Source: Marsupella aquatica
Lineage: Eukaryota > Plantae > Marchantiophyta
Direction: 5' to 3'
NCBI GenBank assembly: GCA_973895155.1
Contig: OZ316899.1
Location: 6,079,241-6,143,240 of the forward strand
Length of the DNA: 64,000 bases
A program made the translations under genes and the position numbers. The notes beneath the pieces were generated by a model that was given only the letters and a program-made list of their open reading frames with translations, made no database searches and was not told the DNA's origin. Below, piece by piece: positions 1 to 11,228 of this stretch. How positions within the stretch are numbered: position 1 is the stretch's first letter; each line of letters starts with the position of its first letter.

Positions 1-870
1 CTTCTCCTTGGCCAGGGTTGCCTCCTCTTCTTCCCTGAGTCGCTCCTGAAACTCCTGTGCCGTTTGTTTTATCCCGTCAAATCTCGGGGGAGCAACATCT
101 GGTGGGGGAGACTTGGGGCTGCTCTACTGGGTGGGGTCCCCTCAAACTACTCTAGGAAGCATGGGGATGAAATGGCCACAGGTCCTTACTCCTGGGACAT
201 GATGGTCCGACCCGTAGCCGGAGTCGTCATTGCCGTAGTCCTCCACCACCTCCTCCCCGACTTGGACTACTGGCTCCCCCCGTTCTTCTCCTGATCTTGC
301 TGCAAACGTGGCCCCCTGCCAAACACAGCTCACGGGTCCTGGTTCCTCCTCTGGCTTTTAGGCTGATCTCTCCTTCTCCCTATCATGACCAGGAGCTTTG
401 GGCTGCTCTCCCTCGGCTTCTGGACTCGCGGCTCCCACATACATTCAAACCCCCAGCTCGTGTTCCGGCATCCTTCTTTCCTTAGCTCCGGTAAAGGGGT
501 TTTCCCTTGTGAGTCGGCTTAGGCCTACCTCTTGAGCAGTGTCTTGTACCGGTGCCATTGCCGTTGCAACCCTCTTTTCCTTTTCCAGCAATTTCAGAAG
601 ATTCTGCATGCTTGGTTGCTGCATCGGCAAGTTTTCCGTCCTTGGCCTAAACCCTTGCTCGATCGTAGGACTGCTGGGCTGGTTGGGTTTCTCTGCTGCC
701 GGCCTCTAGTCCAAAACCTCCTTTGGTGCCCTTGCCTGCAGGGGAAGTACTAGGGCAAAGATCTGACTTCGGGCATACCGGCACAACAGCGGCATGTGAT
801 AGCCAAGCCGAGACACACTTCCCTTGCCAATCACCTGTTGTTCCTCCTTCAAGATCTTCTTCAGTTGGAT
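1..870 (-). pseudogene. Inverted fragment of the LTR-encoded gene of a family-C-related gypsy LTR (continues off window start)
   Basis: Minus-strand translation QLKKILKEEQQVIGKGSVSRLGYHMPLLCRYARSQIF matches 32701-32820 (+). The reverse complement of 1-30 matches ~1031-1060. It is a diverged copy, not identical. Confidence 0.85.
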
Positions 871-876
871 CACCCA

Positions 877-2658
877 ACCTGCGGCCGTTTTATCCCCACA
901 CTTCCAAGAGTGGTGCGTGGGGATCCACAACATCAGAAGAGCCCAGAGTCTCCCCCACTGGACATACCTCCTCCAAATTACGATGAGAGACAATAGGCTG
1001 ATCACGAGTTGCAGCGGCAATTCAGTGAACTGGAGGAAGCAACCCTGGCCAAGGAGAAGGATTTTCCAGGTAGAGGATGGCCAGAGGACATTTGGCGTCT
1101 TGCAGGGACTCAAGTCGGGCCTTTGCCCATGTTTGATGAGATACTGAGGGCGGCTTGGGAAAGAAGGCCGCATTGGGAGATGTTGGCATCTCCTAACCAC
1201 TGCACCTATGCATGTTCCAAAACCCTGGAGTATGGGAGGATGTGCGGGCTACTTGCCCTTGACATCTTTGGGGTAGAATTGGAGATGGGGCCTTTCATCC
1301 ACAAAGAGATGTTGGAGAAAAGCCGGTTGGAGTACGCACTGGCCTTGGAGAGGATGAAGAAAGAGGAAGTCATTTGGTGGCTAAGAGAGAAGGAAGCCAA
1401 GTCCGGAGATTTAAAGGCGGCCAAGCAGGCCCAGGACAAGCTACGATTTAGGAAGCATGAGATAAGCACCATGCAAGGGCAACTAGCCCAGACTCAGGAA
1501 GATTTGGCCAAAGCCCTCAAGGAGAACGAGAAGTGGCAGTAGGAGCTGAAGAAGGCAGAGGTAGCTCACATAATGGCCTGCAACAAAGCCATGACCGAGG
1601 CCTAGAGGAAGGAGCGAGCAGTGAAGGATGGGATCGAAGAATGCCGCAAGGCCCTCCATCAAAAGAAAGGCAAACTTGATGAGACCTACAGGGGCATCAA
1701 CAAGTTAAAAAGAAGACCTTGAGGACCTATCGGCCAACTTTCAAGCCGAGCTACGTAAGAAGGATGACATGCTTGATCAAACCTATGAGAAAATGAATAA
1801 GATCGAGTTTGATGTCGTCCATGAGCTCAACGCGGAGCTAAAAGCAACCCAAGAGGAGAGGGCGGCCTTACGAAAGGAGTTGGACGAGAACATAGCAAAG
1901 TTGGAGCAAGCCCGTGGGGATTTAGATGAGACCCTGGTGGAATTGGAGGACGCCACCCAGAAAATAGAAAATCTGCAGAGGCGGGCGGACAACCAAACTG
2001 AGCGATTGAAGAAGCAGTCCGAGGAACTAAATTGGCTGGCGCAACAAGTGAACCCCCGGTGGTGGCAACAGGGTTGCACAGCGTGGTACTGACTGAGCAA
2101 CAAGCCATTGTACCCTCACCTTTGCCGAAAGTAAGTGGCAAGGGGAAGGCACCAGCTGCTTGGGAGGGGAAGGACAAGAAGGGGAAGCCTTCTCGGTCAG
2201 GGAGCCACACCGTTTGTCAGGCCACCATGGTTGAGGTGGAGAGCATGGCATCGGCCTTATGCAAGGTTGTGGTTGTCAAGGAAGCAGTCCTGGAGGTAGG
2301 CCAAGAAGACTGGTTGGGGGAGGCCATGACAAGCACTGACTCAAGGTTGCCAACCATTGATCAGCATCAACCGCAACCTTGGGAGGATGAGACAACCCAA
2401 CTCATAGAACGAGCCTATGAGGAGGACCACTACGGCAGGGTAGCCGAGGCCAAGAGGGACAGTACAGAAGTAGTAGGGGTGAAACCCCCACTAGCCAAAG
2501 CCGGGCAGGCCAAGACCAAAGTAAGGATGGGGCCCGATCACGCCAAAGATAGGTTGACCCAGTTAGGAGCGGGTAACTTGTCAGAGGACAAGAAGCCTAC
2601 ATTGGCCGCCTAGGAAGGATTGGGGGCGTCAATTGAGGACCAGCCACCAGCGTTGTGA
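877..2658 (+). pseudogene. 3' half of the LTR-encoded coiled-coil protein gene (family C, 5' LTR copy)
   Basis: ORFs 1009-1542, 1769-2092 and 2032-2613 join through stops and frameshifts. Motif EYGRMCGLLALDIFGVELE is followed by a heptad-rich region. Ends EDQPPAL*, like family B DSDLPPVI*. Confidence 0.8.
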
Positions 2659-3145
2659 CGATGTAAGGGTGTCGTCCCTTTTAGAGAGGGCGGACGTGGA
2701 GGTAGGAGGCATGAGTGGGCAGAGCGGGTGCGGACCTCCAGATTTAGGATTAGGATCAGGACCAAGAAGCGGCCCTGACACTTAGATTAGTGGGATTGCA
2801 GATCCACTAGTAAGAGCAACACTTGTCCTCTTGCCCCGCTGTACATAGGTAGATTCCACTTAGAGGTAGATTTGGCTTACGCAACAAGGAAATAGGTAGG
2901 TACGCTGCCAGGATAAATACCTGGGCAGCGGGGACCATAGGGCCTTCTTCTTAAGTAAGTTTTTAGTGCACCAGCAAGGCTGGAATCAATTAGTAAAGAG
3001 AAGCTCTCGGTTAGTTATGCTGTGACCCTTGTGTAAATTCATGTTTCCTCATACCTAAGAGCTAACTAGAGTTGGCCTTTAGGCTTAGTTCGCAGGCCTT
3101 GTGTATGAGAAGTACTCCTTGTATGGCAATGGCATGGCATACCTT

Positions 3146-4103
3146 CCTTTGAAATGATTTTTTTTATAAAGATAAAGGCGGCCGCAAAAGCCCCACGGCC
3201 AGGGCAAACAGACAGCCAAACAGGCCACAAACCAGGACCCCAATCAACAAGGGGACCAAAGCAACAATGTGAAAACAAGCACATGGGGGCCAAAGCAACA
3301 GTGTGAAAAGGCCCAATACAATAAGAGCAGCACTGAAAGCAGCCCTTGCGGCAAGCAGCTCATAAGCCAGATGTGATACGGCCGCAGCCGTGTCGTATCC
3401 AGTTCCTACGAAGGGCATCAATCCATGTTTTGGCTCTAAGGATGCGGGTACCTTTCCGGCCCGGAGGAAGCCCCCGGCTAGCCACATAAAGGTTATCAGC
3501 CGTCTCCGAGAGAACCAGGCCCAAGTCAAAGACTCTACTGCCACCAGCCTAGAACATGTGCATGTTCCGGCCCAGCCAGATAGACCACAAGATCTGATAC
3601 AAGATAAAAAGCTTTGCAACATGGGCAGGGTCTTTCCCAAAAGCAACATCTAGCAAAGGCAGCAAACCCTGCCCAAACGACAAACAGAGTACACACAGGA
3701 ATGATTGGCATAACCGCCAACAGCAATCATCATGGACGCAGAAAACAAATAGGTGAGGGATGGTCTCCACCGTGCCATTGCAAAGCTTGCAGTCCCCGTT
3801 GCTCATCTCCAAATGCAGTGCCCGCGCACCAGTAAAAAGGCCACCTACAATAATGCGCCAGATAAACGTCTTGCCTCTAGTCGGCAAGTCAGAACTCCAA
3901 AGCTGAGACCAGACAGAGCCCCATTCACTCTCAGAGCGTGCCACAGACCAAATGTGGTTCCACCGAGAGAAAACATAGATTTGTGGCCTCAAAAATTGGT
4001 AGACACGGCAATTAGCAATCTTGAAGTCCTTCAAATTCTTAGGCTTGTCTACCCACCGCCACTATTTGGCATAGAGGAAGCAGTCAAACCTGTGAGCACG
4101 TGA
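3146..4103 (-). mobile_element. 5'-truncated L1-type LINE (ORF2 C-terminal zf-RVT region and 3' UTR)
   Basis: Flanked by a 14-bp TSD GCATGGCATACCTT (3132-3145 and 4104-4117). ORF 3549-4034 (RGKTFIWRIIVGGLFTGAR...CKLC...ETIPHLF) is homologous to the LINE at 50583-52097. Confidence 0.92.
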
Positions 4104-4510
4104 GCATGGCATACCTTAGTCAGTAGAAGTCATCTTTCTAATTGTGTGTCGCATCAACTTGTGTGAAGATTGCCCACATCAACCAAAGAGAGAAAGGAAG
4201 TTTAGAAGCAGGAAGAGTTGGATGTGTTGAGCTGAGAGGGATCTTAGCTGCTACCCAAGCCAATGGGGCATCATTTCGGGGGCGGAATCCAAACAAACCT
4301 GAAGGGAGACCGATGGAAAAGAGTAAGGAGAGGCCTAGAGTAGGCCGGATGCATATCTCATGACCCGATGAAGGATATGTCTAGTATATGTGGTTAAGAA
4401 GTAGAGAGGAGTTAGCAACGTCCCATGCCAATAAACCGCGGAACCGGTGGGAATCGGCTTGTTAAGGGAGGGTTCTTGGGGTTAGAGAGCCATGGGACGT
4501 GCCACATTTT

Positions 4511-4528
4511 TGGCGCTAGATGGAGGGG
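4511..4528 (+). promoter_or_regulatory. Primer-binding site, tRNA-Asn-like
   Basis: TGGCGCTAGATGGAGGGG is complementary, with one mismatch, to the 3' end of plant cytosolic tRNA-Asn (...CCCCTCCTTCTAGCGCCA). It lies 4 nt after the LTR end. Confidence 0.8.
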
Positions 4529-4576
4529 GCATTTCTTAAGCCGTGAGATATGGATCTAGGTAAAGAAGTGTAGGTA

Positions 4577-7094
4577 ATGACTGAACCTACACCGAGGAAG
4601 GAAAGAGCGATACAACGGGAGAGAGCTCTTTGCAGCAGATCACCAGGTGGCAGGAAACACAGCGAATGAGAGGGGCTGATAGAGCTAGTAGCTCCATAAT
4701 AGAGAGTGGTGTTGAGGAGGAGGAACAAAGGATCAGTTACCTGGAGTCCGTTCAATTCAAGCGTTAGCTCCCCAACAGAGAGCACGGGGGAACTAGAGGC
4801 ATGACCAGGAGAGAGGGGAGGAACCAGTTTGAGCCAACGGTCGCGCATCCATTACAAAGATTTCATGGCAGAGGAGACGAGGATCTTGATGAATGGTTGG
4901 ATGATTTCAAAGGGACGGCTGCAGCAAATGGAGAGTCGGCCATTAGGATGCAGATCCTTCCCGGTTTGTTCAAAGGTGAGGCAAGACCGTGGTACAAGGC
5001 ACTAGACGCTGAGGAGCAGGGCAATTGGGAACTCTTCAAATCATTGTTTGTCAAGGAGTTTTGACCCATTGGAACCTCAGAATTGGCTGTACTGAAGTTA
5101 GGATGACTTTGGTTCAAGGAGAACAAGTCCTTCCGGAAGTTCTTACAATGCTTCCAAAAGCTGGTAAGACAAAAAAAGACCAATGCATCGGAAGGTATGC
5201 AACTTCAATGGTTAGTAAATGCGTTACCACAGAAGATGAGCTTTGCAATTAGGAAGGAGAACCCGGAGACCTTAGCCGATGCAATTAGAGATATCCATTT
5301 ATATATTAATGCACATATCACCAGCCTGAAGAAACAATTCAAATCAGGGAGCTCATCATTTGATGAAGGATCAAACAAGAAGAAGAAGAAGAAGAAGAAT
5401 TCCAAGAAGTCGAGAAGTGACAACTCAAGCTCAGATAGTGAAAGTAGCAAGAGTGAGTCCTCTTCTAGCTCAGAGGAAGAAAAATCTAGGAAAAAGAAAG
5501 TCAGAAGGAGGAAGTTGAAGGTCAAAATAGAGACTAACCCTCCAGCCCCGAATAACCTCATAGCTCTTACTGACCAACTGCGGGCTATCATAGTAGAGGC
5601 TAAGCCAAAGAAGAAGGTAGTAGTCAAGGACAGCTCTATATGGTGTGCTTTATGTTATAAGACCGGACACCACAAAGATGCATGTCCTAACCCAAACTCT
5701 AGTCATGTCCGGAAAGTTACCAAGACCAGAAAAAATTAGGGAGAAGTAGAGTACTTCCTAGGGGATGCGGCTAATAGCATTTTTGGCATCAGCGAGACAA
5801 GAGCACAGGATCTGGCCGATCGCCCGGCATCCCTCTGGTCGGGATTAAGAAATAACCCAGGTGAAAATCCATCTATAGCTCCTAGGTCAAATGTACAGAG
5901 ATTTGCGGCATGCTATAACTGTGGTCAACCTGGACATTTTGCTAGAGAGTGCCCAAACGCAAGGAAACAGGGTAATGGGCAACCAACTCAGTTGTGTATG
6001 GGATGCCGTCAAGAGGGCCACATGCTGGGACAATGCCCCACTTGGTTGGTAGAATTGGCCGCTAATCAAAAACTCCTGCCGGTCAAGGTCCTGCCACCGG
6101 GCACAACACCAGGTGGAATTCAAATTAATCACATTGAACTGGGATGGCAGACAGATGCCGAGGCCGAATTTGGACCATCCGATGACGAGGTTGAGGCCTT
6201 ATCAACATTCTCAAAAGAAGAACTAGACCATGGCTGCTACCGGGTTTCTACTCATTCAACAAGAAGGAAGGAAAGGTGGGATGGTTTGGCCAAGAACAAG
6301 GGGGAGACCAAGGAGGAAGGGTCGACTCTTCATCAACATCAATGGAGGGAGAAGGAAGGGCACCAAAAACTCAAGTAAGCCCTAAGCCTACCAGTGATCC
6401 CAAACCTTCACAAGATAGTGATTTCAACAAGATCACCCCAAGCTATTCTACCCGTCCATTACGGCTAGTGTTAAGGAACAACTTCAAGAATTAGAGACGC
6501 TAGAGAATATCGAAGCTATAGCCAAGGATGTCAAGAGGGCCAAAGCGCTGTTTGTGGAACCTAGCGTTCAACAACAAGGCAAAGCCAAGAGAGAGAAATT
6601 GCCAAAAGAGAAACCCATAGTTCCCTATGACTTGGCTAAAGATGTACTAGAATCTAGAGTCTTGGCAATAGCAGGTCAACTTTTAAGGAATAGCCCGTAC
6701 TTCCAAAAACAATTAAGGAAGGCAATCCTAGGCAAACCAAGATTACCCAAGGTAGTACCCGATCCAACGTGTTGATGATAGAAGAAGATCAAGGAGCCCC
6801 AGCACTACCATTAATGATCCAGGGAGAATTATTGCTATGTGTACCCATCGATAGAGGATCAGGGGTATGTATTATGATTGATTCAACCGCAATTGGATGG
6901 GGGTTAACACCAGAGAGTACTGGAAGAGTGTTAAACATGGCCAATGGCTATCAGGTCATTCCCATGGGAGTCCTCACCGACATCAAAACTTAAATAGGAG
7001 GAGTCTTGTTCAGTATGATCAACTATGTGGTAATGAGGCCGGTGAACCCTACATCATTCCGCCTACTGATTGGCAGGCCGTGGCTCTACATAGC
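4577..7094 (+). pseudogene. gag: Family C gag (three CCHC knuckles) and aspartic protease N-terminal part, disrupted
   Basis: FHGRGDEDLDEWLDDF gag motif, a Ser/Lys-rich tract, knuckles CALCYKTGHHKDAC / CYNCGQPGHFAREC / CMGCRQEGHMLGQC, and protease ID[R]GSG ... LLIGRPWLY. Multiple stops and frameshifts; cut by element A at 7095. Confidence 0.88.
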
Positions 7095-7453
7095 TGTGAC
7101 GCCGCCGGTATGGCGGTTAATGAGTGATTCGGTCTAACTGCGCTCGGCACGCGCGTTAGGAGTGTCTTAGACCGCTATTATTAGCACAACGACAGTATTT
7201 AGGTAATCATTATGGGTAGGATATCATTAGGCAATAAGGGGGAATTCAGGTTCGGACTGGCGGCTGGTCGCTATTTGCACACCCGGGTTACGAGCGTGGA
7301 GGGGCCCCTCCCTCGGGTCCGTATAACAAACTTAAGGAAGCGGCCACTGACACGCGCTGACTCAGACTGGCGGAGTGGCCGGCACACCACAAGCGTGAAC
7401 GGTTCAGCCTATGGGCGTCGAGGAGACGTCGGGGGATCGACAAGCGCTCAAGG

Positions 7454-7460
7454 TATAAAA
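7454..7460 (+). promoter_or_regulatory. Candidate TATA box upstream of the LTR-encoded gene
   Basis: GGTATAAAAGGGG lies ~105 nt upstream of ATG 7562 and is conserved at 17549 and, in the diverged solo LTR, at 27237. Confidence 0.6.
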
Positions 7461-7561
7461 GGGGAGCCAACCCTTTGTAGTGCACCAGTCCATCAGTCCA
7501 CGCGCCAGCTTCGACCCCAACTCTCTCGTTCGCTCTAAGTCGCCACTACTATCTCCTCTGA

Positions 7562-10197
7562 ATGTCGCACATGATCCTCTCCAGCTCGGCCATTTGATTC
7601 TGGACGCAGTTCCTATCTACCGGGAGGCACTTGGCCGACTCATTGAAACATGCCAACCCGCGCCGATACGAAATCGAACGCGAGTACGAGCGAGCCATCC
7701 GCCTAGCAGGACGACACCACTACATCCTTAACTTTGACTACCCGTCTCAGAGCAAGCTTTACCGACCAGCAAAGGTATCCGGGTACTTCTTCAACGGAGA
7801 CAAATATATCGGGTTCTGGGAAGCATTGCTTCGGCTTCCGGACGAGGTCTTCAATATCCCGGGTACGATCGACTTGCAGCGACATCACTTCGACCACATC
7901 CCTGCTCAGGTTCGGGCTATCATCAACAGCGAGTCCAGCACTACCCGTTCGACAAGGTCGTCTGCCCTCGCTTCGGAGAACTTCTACCAGCACCTACAGA
8001 GCTTCATAGGAGCTCGGCCAACAACCAACATGACCAACTCAGTTGTACCCGTACCCATACCCGTACAACCTCAGGCTCAGCTTCAGCTTCAGCCTCAGCC
8101 GCAGCCTAGCCAAACCCCACCACCGATCGCCCAGCCAGCACAAGTACGCTCCGTCATCAACGCTGTGGATCTTAGCGATGACGACGAGGCTACCCTACCC
8201 TTGACCAGGCGGCCCAGAGGAACAAGCGCTCAGGGGCCGATACTATATCGTCCCCACCCCCTGCTCTGACCCCAGGAGCGGCCCCGACAGACAACATGGT
8301 GACCGTGGCCGACCTGGGCCCGTTACTAACGGCAGTAGCACTACCCAGGCCCGATCGGGAGGATGGGGAGGTGTCACCTTCCCCAAGCCAGTCACGGGGG
8401 AAGAAGAGGAAGGAATCCGCCACTGCATCCGGGTTACCATTGGCCACGGTAGCCGTGGCCAAGGTGATGATGCACCGCATGGGGGAAAACGTTCACAAAA
8501 ACATCCTCCATCCCAAGCATACGGTGTACCTGAAGACTCAGGGATTCGAGCACCTCGCCTCCCTCCCCTAGAACACTTGCAGGTACTACGGGGAGGACAT
8601 GACGGAGTTCGTCAGGAATTATGACGACGCGCGTCAACATACTCAGCTACGGGGAAGGAGTATGTCCCTCACGGAAGAACGGCTCAGGATGATCTTCGGG
8701 TTACCCGAAGGTGACCATCGAGTCGAATCACGGGCTCCCGGGGGCAAGGGAGCCAAGTACCAATCTTCAAGTTTTCCCTCAGAGGGAGCAGTGGACAACG
8801 GGTTCGTGATGAAAACCTGCCTCATCCCCGAGATAGCTGAGCGACTGGAGTTCCAGAGGTACGGCCTCCACATGATGGAACCCCGGGGGGAGATCTCTGT
8901 CGCCCAGGTTATCCAGGTCGAGAACTATCGACCTAGGAGGTGGGCGTCGTACTTCGCTAAGAAATTCCATGAAGAGATGGAGCGGCGAAGGAAGACGCTA
9001 TACATTGGCGGGAAGGCGTATTTCGCTAGCCACATCGAGATCATTCTTGAGTGGTACGCCCGGTTTGATCGACGAACCCTTCCCCGTGTCAACGTTACAA
9101 AGCTGGTCCCAGCTAGGTGGGTTTTCCCGGCCTTGGAGAGACGGCCCCAGCCCGAGGCCCGAAGTCCAGCGGACACGCCAGCTTCACCCACCCCACCTCC
9201 ACAAGTAGCTGTAGTCGTAACCGAGGAGGTGCCGGATGGGTCGGGTGTCGCAACCGTTGATGCGACCCAACAGGCCGGGCTAAGTACAGAAGTCGGTACG
9301 GCGGAGGTCTTACCCGAGCCCGGTTCTCCCAAAGACCCACCGGTGGCTATTCCGGAGAACCGGACATTGCTACAGGAGGACGCTCCAGCCCCTTCCAACG
9401 TTACGTCCCCAGGGCTGGACGTCACTGCCCCGGCCCCCGCGCGTGTGGACGTCTGCCCGTGCCCAACTCCGGACAGGCACAACCTGGACCACCCGGAACT
9501 CTTCGTACCGGGTACATTTCTGAACGGGCTTCTGGGAGATTTCTCTCATCAAATTGCCCGGGATACCGGGGAGTTCATGGCCCGGAAGGTAGCCTGTTTC
9601 TTCAATCAGGAGTTGGTTGCCGCAGTAAAGGCAGGTCGGGCCCAGTCAGAGGCCCTTCAGAGGATAGAGCGGTACCGGGTGGAGTCCGTGTACCTAAAGA
9701 ACGAAGTTGCGGCTCAAGAGGCTGAGCTTCGGCAACTACGACCCAAGGTTGCAGCCGCCGATGAGTTGTTAGCAAAGGCGCACGCTCTTACCGCCCTAGC
9801 CGAACAGGCCAAAGCTGGGAACGAAGCCGAGATTACACGACTCCGGAACCAGATTGACAGTTTGAAGAATCAAACTGTCACCTAGCAGAAAGACCTGGAG
9901 GAGGCCGAGGAACGGGCCCAGCGGGACACGGCGGAGATAGCCACGCTGCAGGCCGAGGTGGCGCGGCTCCAAACCGAGGTCGAGAAGCAGGACCAGCTGG
10001 CGGGTAAACTGACAAGTGACGCCCAGCAGTTGGAGGAGGCTTGTCAGGAGGCAGCGGAGGAGACGGACGCGGCGAGGCGAGAGAACGAATCTCTGCTGGA
10101 CCAGGTCCAGCTCCTCAAGGCGGACAATGACAGGCTTCGAAGGCAGCGGGATGGCCGCTCCCATTCAGGTGGCTCTGGCAAGCGTGCCAGGCATTAG
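7562..10197 (+). pseudogene. LTR-encoded protein, family A (novel N-terminal domain + Transposase_32/PMD-like domain + coiled coil), ~880 aa reconstructed
   Basis: ATG 7562 is in frame with ORF 7631-8269. One frameshift near 8250 leads into 8296-8571 / 8599-9885 / 9958-10197, which share one frame and are separated by TGG>TAG stops. The 3' LTR copy reads through the 9885 stop. Confidence 0.8.
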
Positions 10198-11117
10198 CGG
10201 TGGAGTAGGAATAGAGTAGGATTAGGACTAGCTTAGTCAGGCTCTTGGGACAGGCACCTGCCTTAGGTACAGCTTCGCTGCCGTGCTGTCCAGCCTGCAT
10301 AGATTAGGATCTTCTAATAAGACACAGCCGTTTCCGGCCTGACTGTCAGCTTAGTTAGGACCGTAGTCAGTGAATCTTCGGCGAGAGGACACCCCGTCCC
10401 TCGGCCCTTAGTATTTAGTGCACCCCTCGGTAGAGTCGAGGGGGGGGGGGGTTTTAGTTGCAAAGTTGGGCGTCCGCGGTATGTGCGGGGAGTCCCGACC
10501 TCTGGGAATGAAAGAGTACCAAGGGGAGGGGGTAGGACTAAGCTCGCCGGGCGAGTGCGAGTGCGGAGCCGGGCTCCGTTGTAGTGTGCACCCTCGGCCT
10601 TGAACCTGTTCATTCCGGGGCTGTCGGGTCAACTAAGTGTACGCATATGTTCCCTTTGTAGTAAAATCCTTTCCCATCATTTTCCTTCGTGTAAATCGAG
10701 ATTGTATGCATGTGTGCGTGTATGTGTGTGGGTTTCTCGTATATGGGTGGCAGCGCCAGGCCGAACGCACTACCCGAGACGTGCACAGGGTGCAGCCTGC
10801 GGGTAAGTCGTTGCGAGCACGGGTTGAGGACCTGTATCATCGAATCTGGATCGAAGGCGGACAGCACGAAGGCTTAGAAGTCCTTAAGCCGGGGTCGATC
10901 CTGCTATCGACTAAGGTACGTTCCGGGGGCGGAACACAAACCATACCTAGGAGGTGTCTGTATTTAGCAGTATGTGCACTTAGCGCTAGTTTACAAGAAT
11001 AAGGTGCATTACGTGCTTCCCTTCCTGCCCGAACCCTCAGATTTACGAGGGATGTGCCCGTCTAAGCTGAAGTCTGAGTTAAGGCCGCAGCCGATGACGT
11101 GACATAGCCTTTGTTTT

Positions 11118-11135
11118 TGGCGCTAGATGGAGGGG
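11118..11135 (+). promoter_or_regulatory. Primer-binding site, tRNA-Asn-like
   Basis: TGGCGCTAGATGGAGGGG, identical to the PBS of families B and C. Confidence 0.8.
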
Positions 11136-11228
11136 GCACTCTACATATCGTAGAGGGGAGACATGTGCGTATTCACCTAGGCAGGATACATCAGGACGTA
11201 GTACTAACCATCGCATTTATATGAGTAA

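Larger units (their letters stand above)
877..4506 (+). repeat. 5' LTR of family C (5'-truncated at an inversion junction; contains a LINE fragment)
   Basis: High identity to 33366-34942. Ends ...GGGACGTGCCACA directly before TTTT and the PBS. The 3' end resembles the family B LTR end (26221-26259). Confidence 0.88.
7095..11104 (+). repeat. Family A 5' LTR, 4010 bp, gene-bearing
   Basis: TGTGACGCCG...GACGTGACA. Both ends match the solo LTR 26877-30508, and the start matches 17190. Confidence 0.93.

Noticed and set aside
7562-10197. LTR-encoded protein as a retroviral-type envelope
   Set aside because: No signal peptide or transmembrane segment is visible. It is hydrophilic and coiled-coil, and ends in a basic KRARH.
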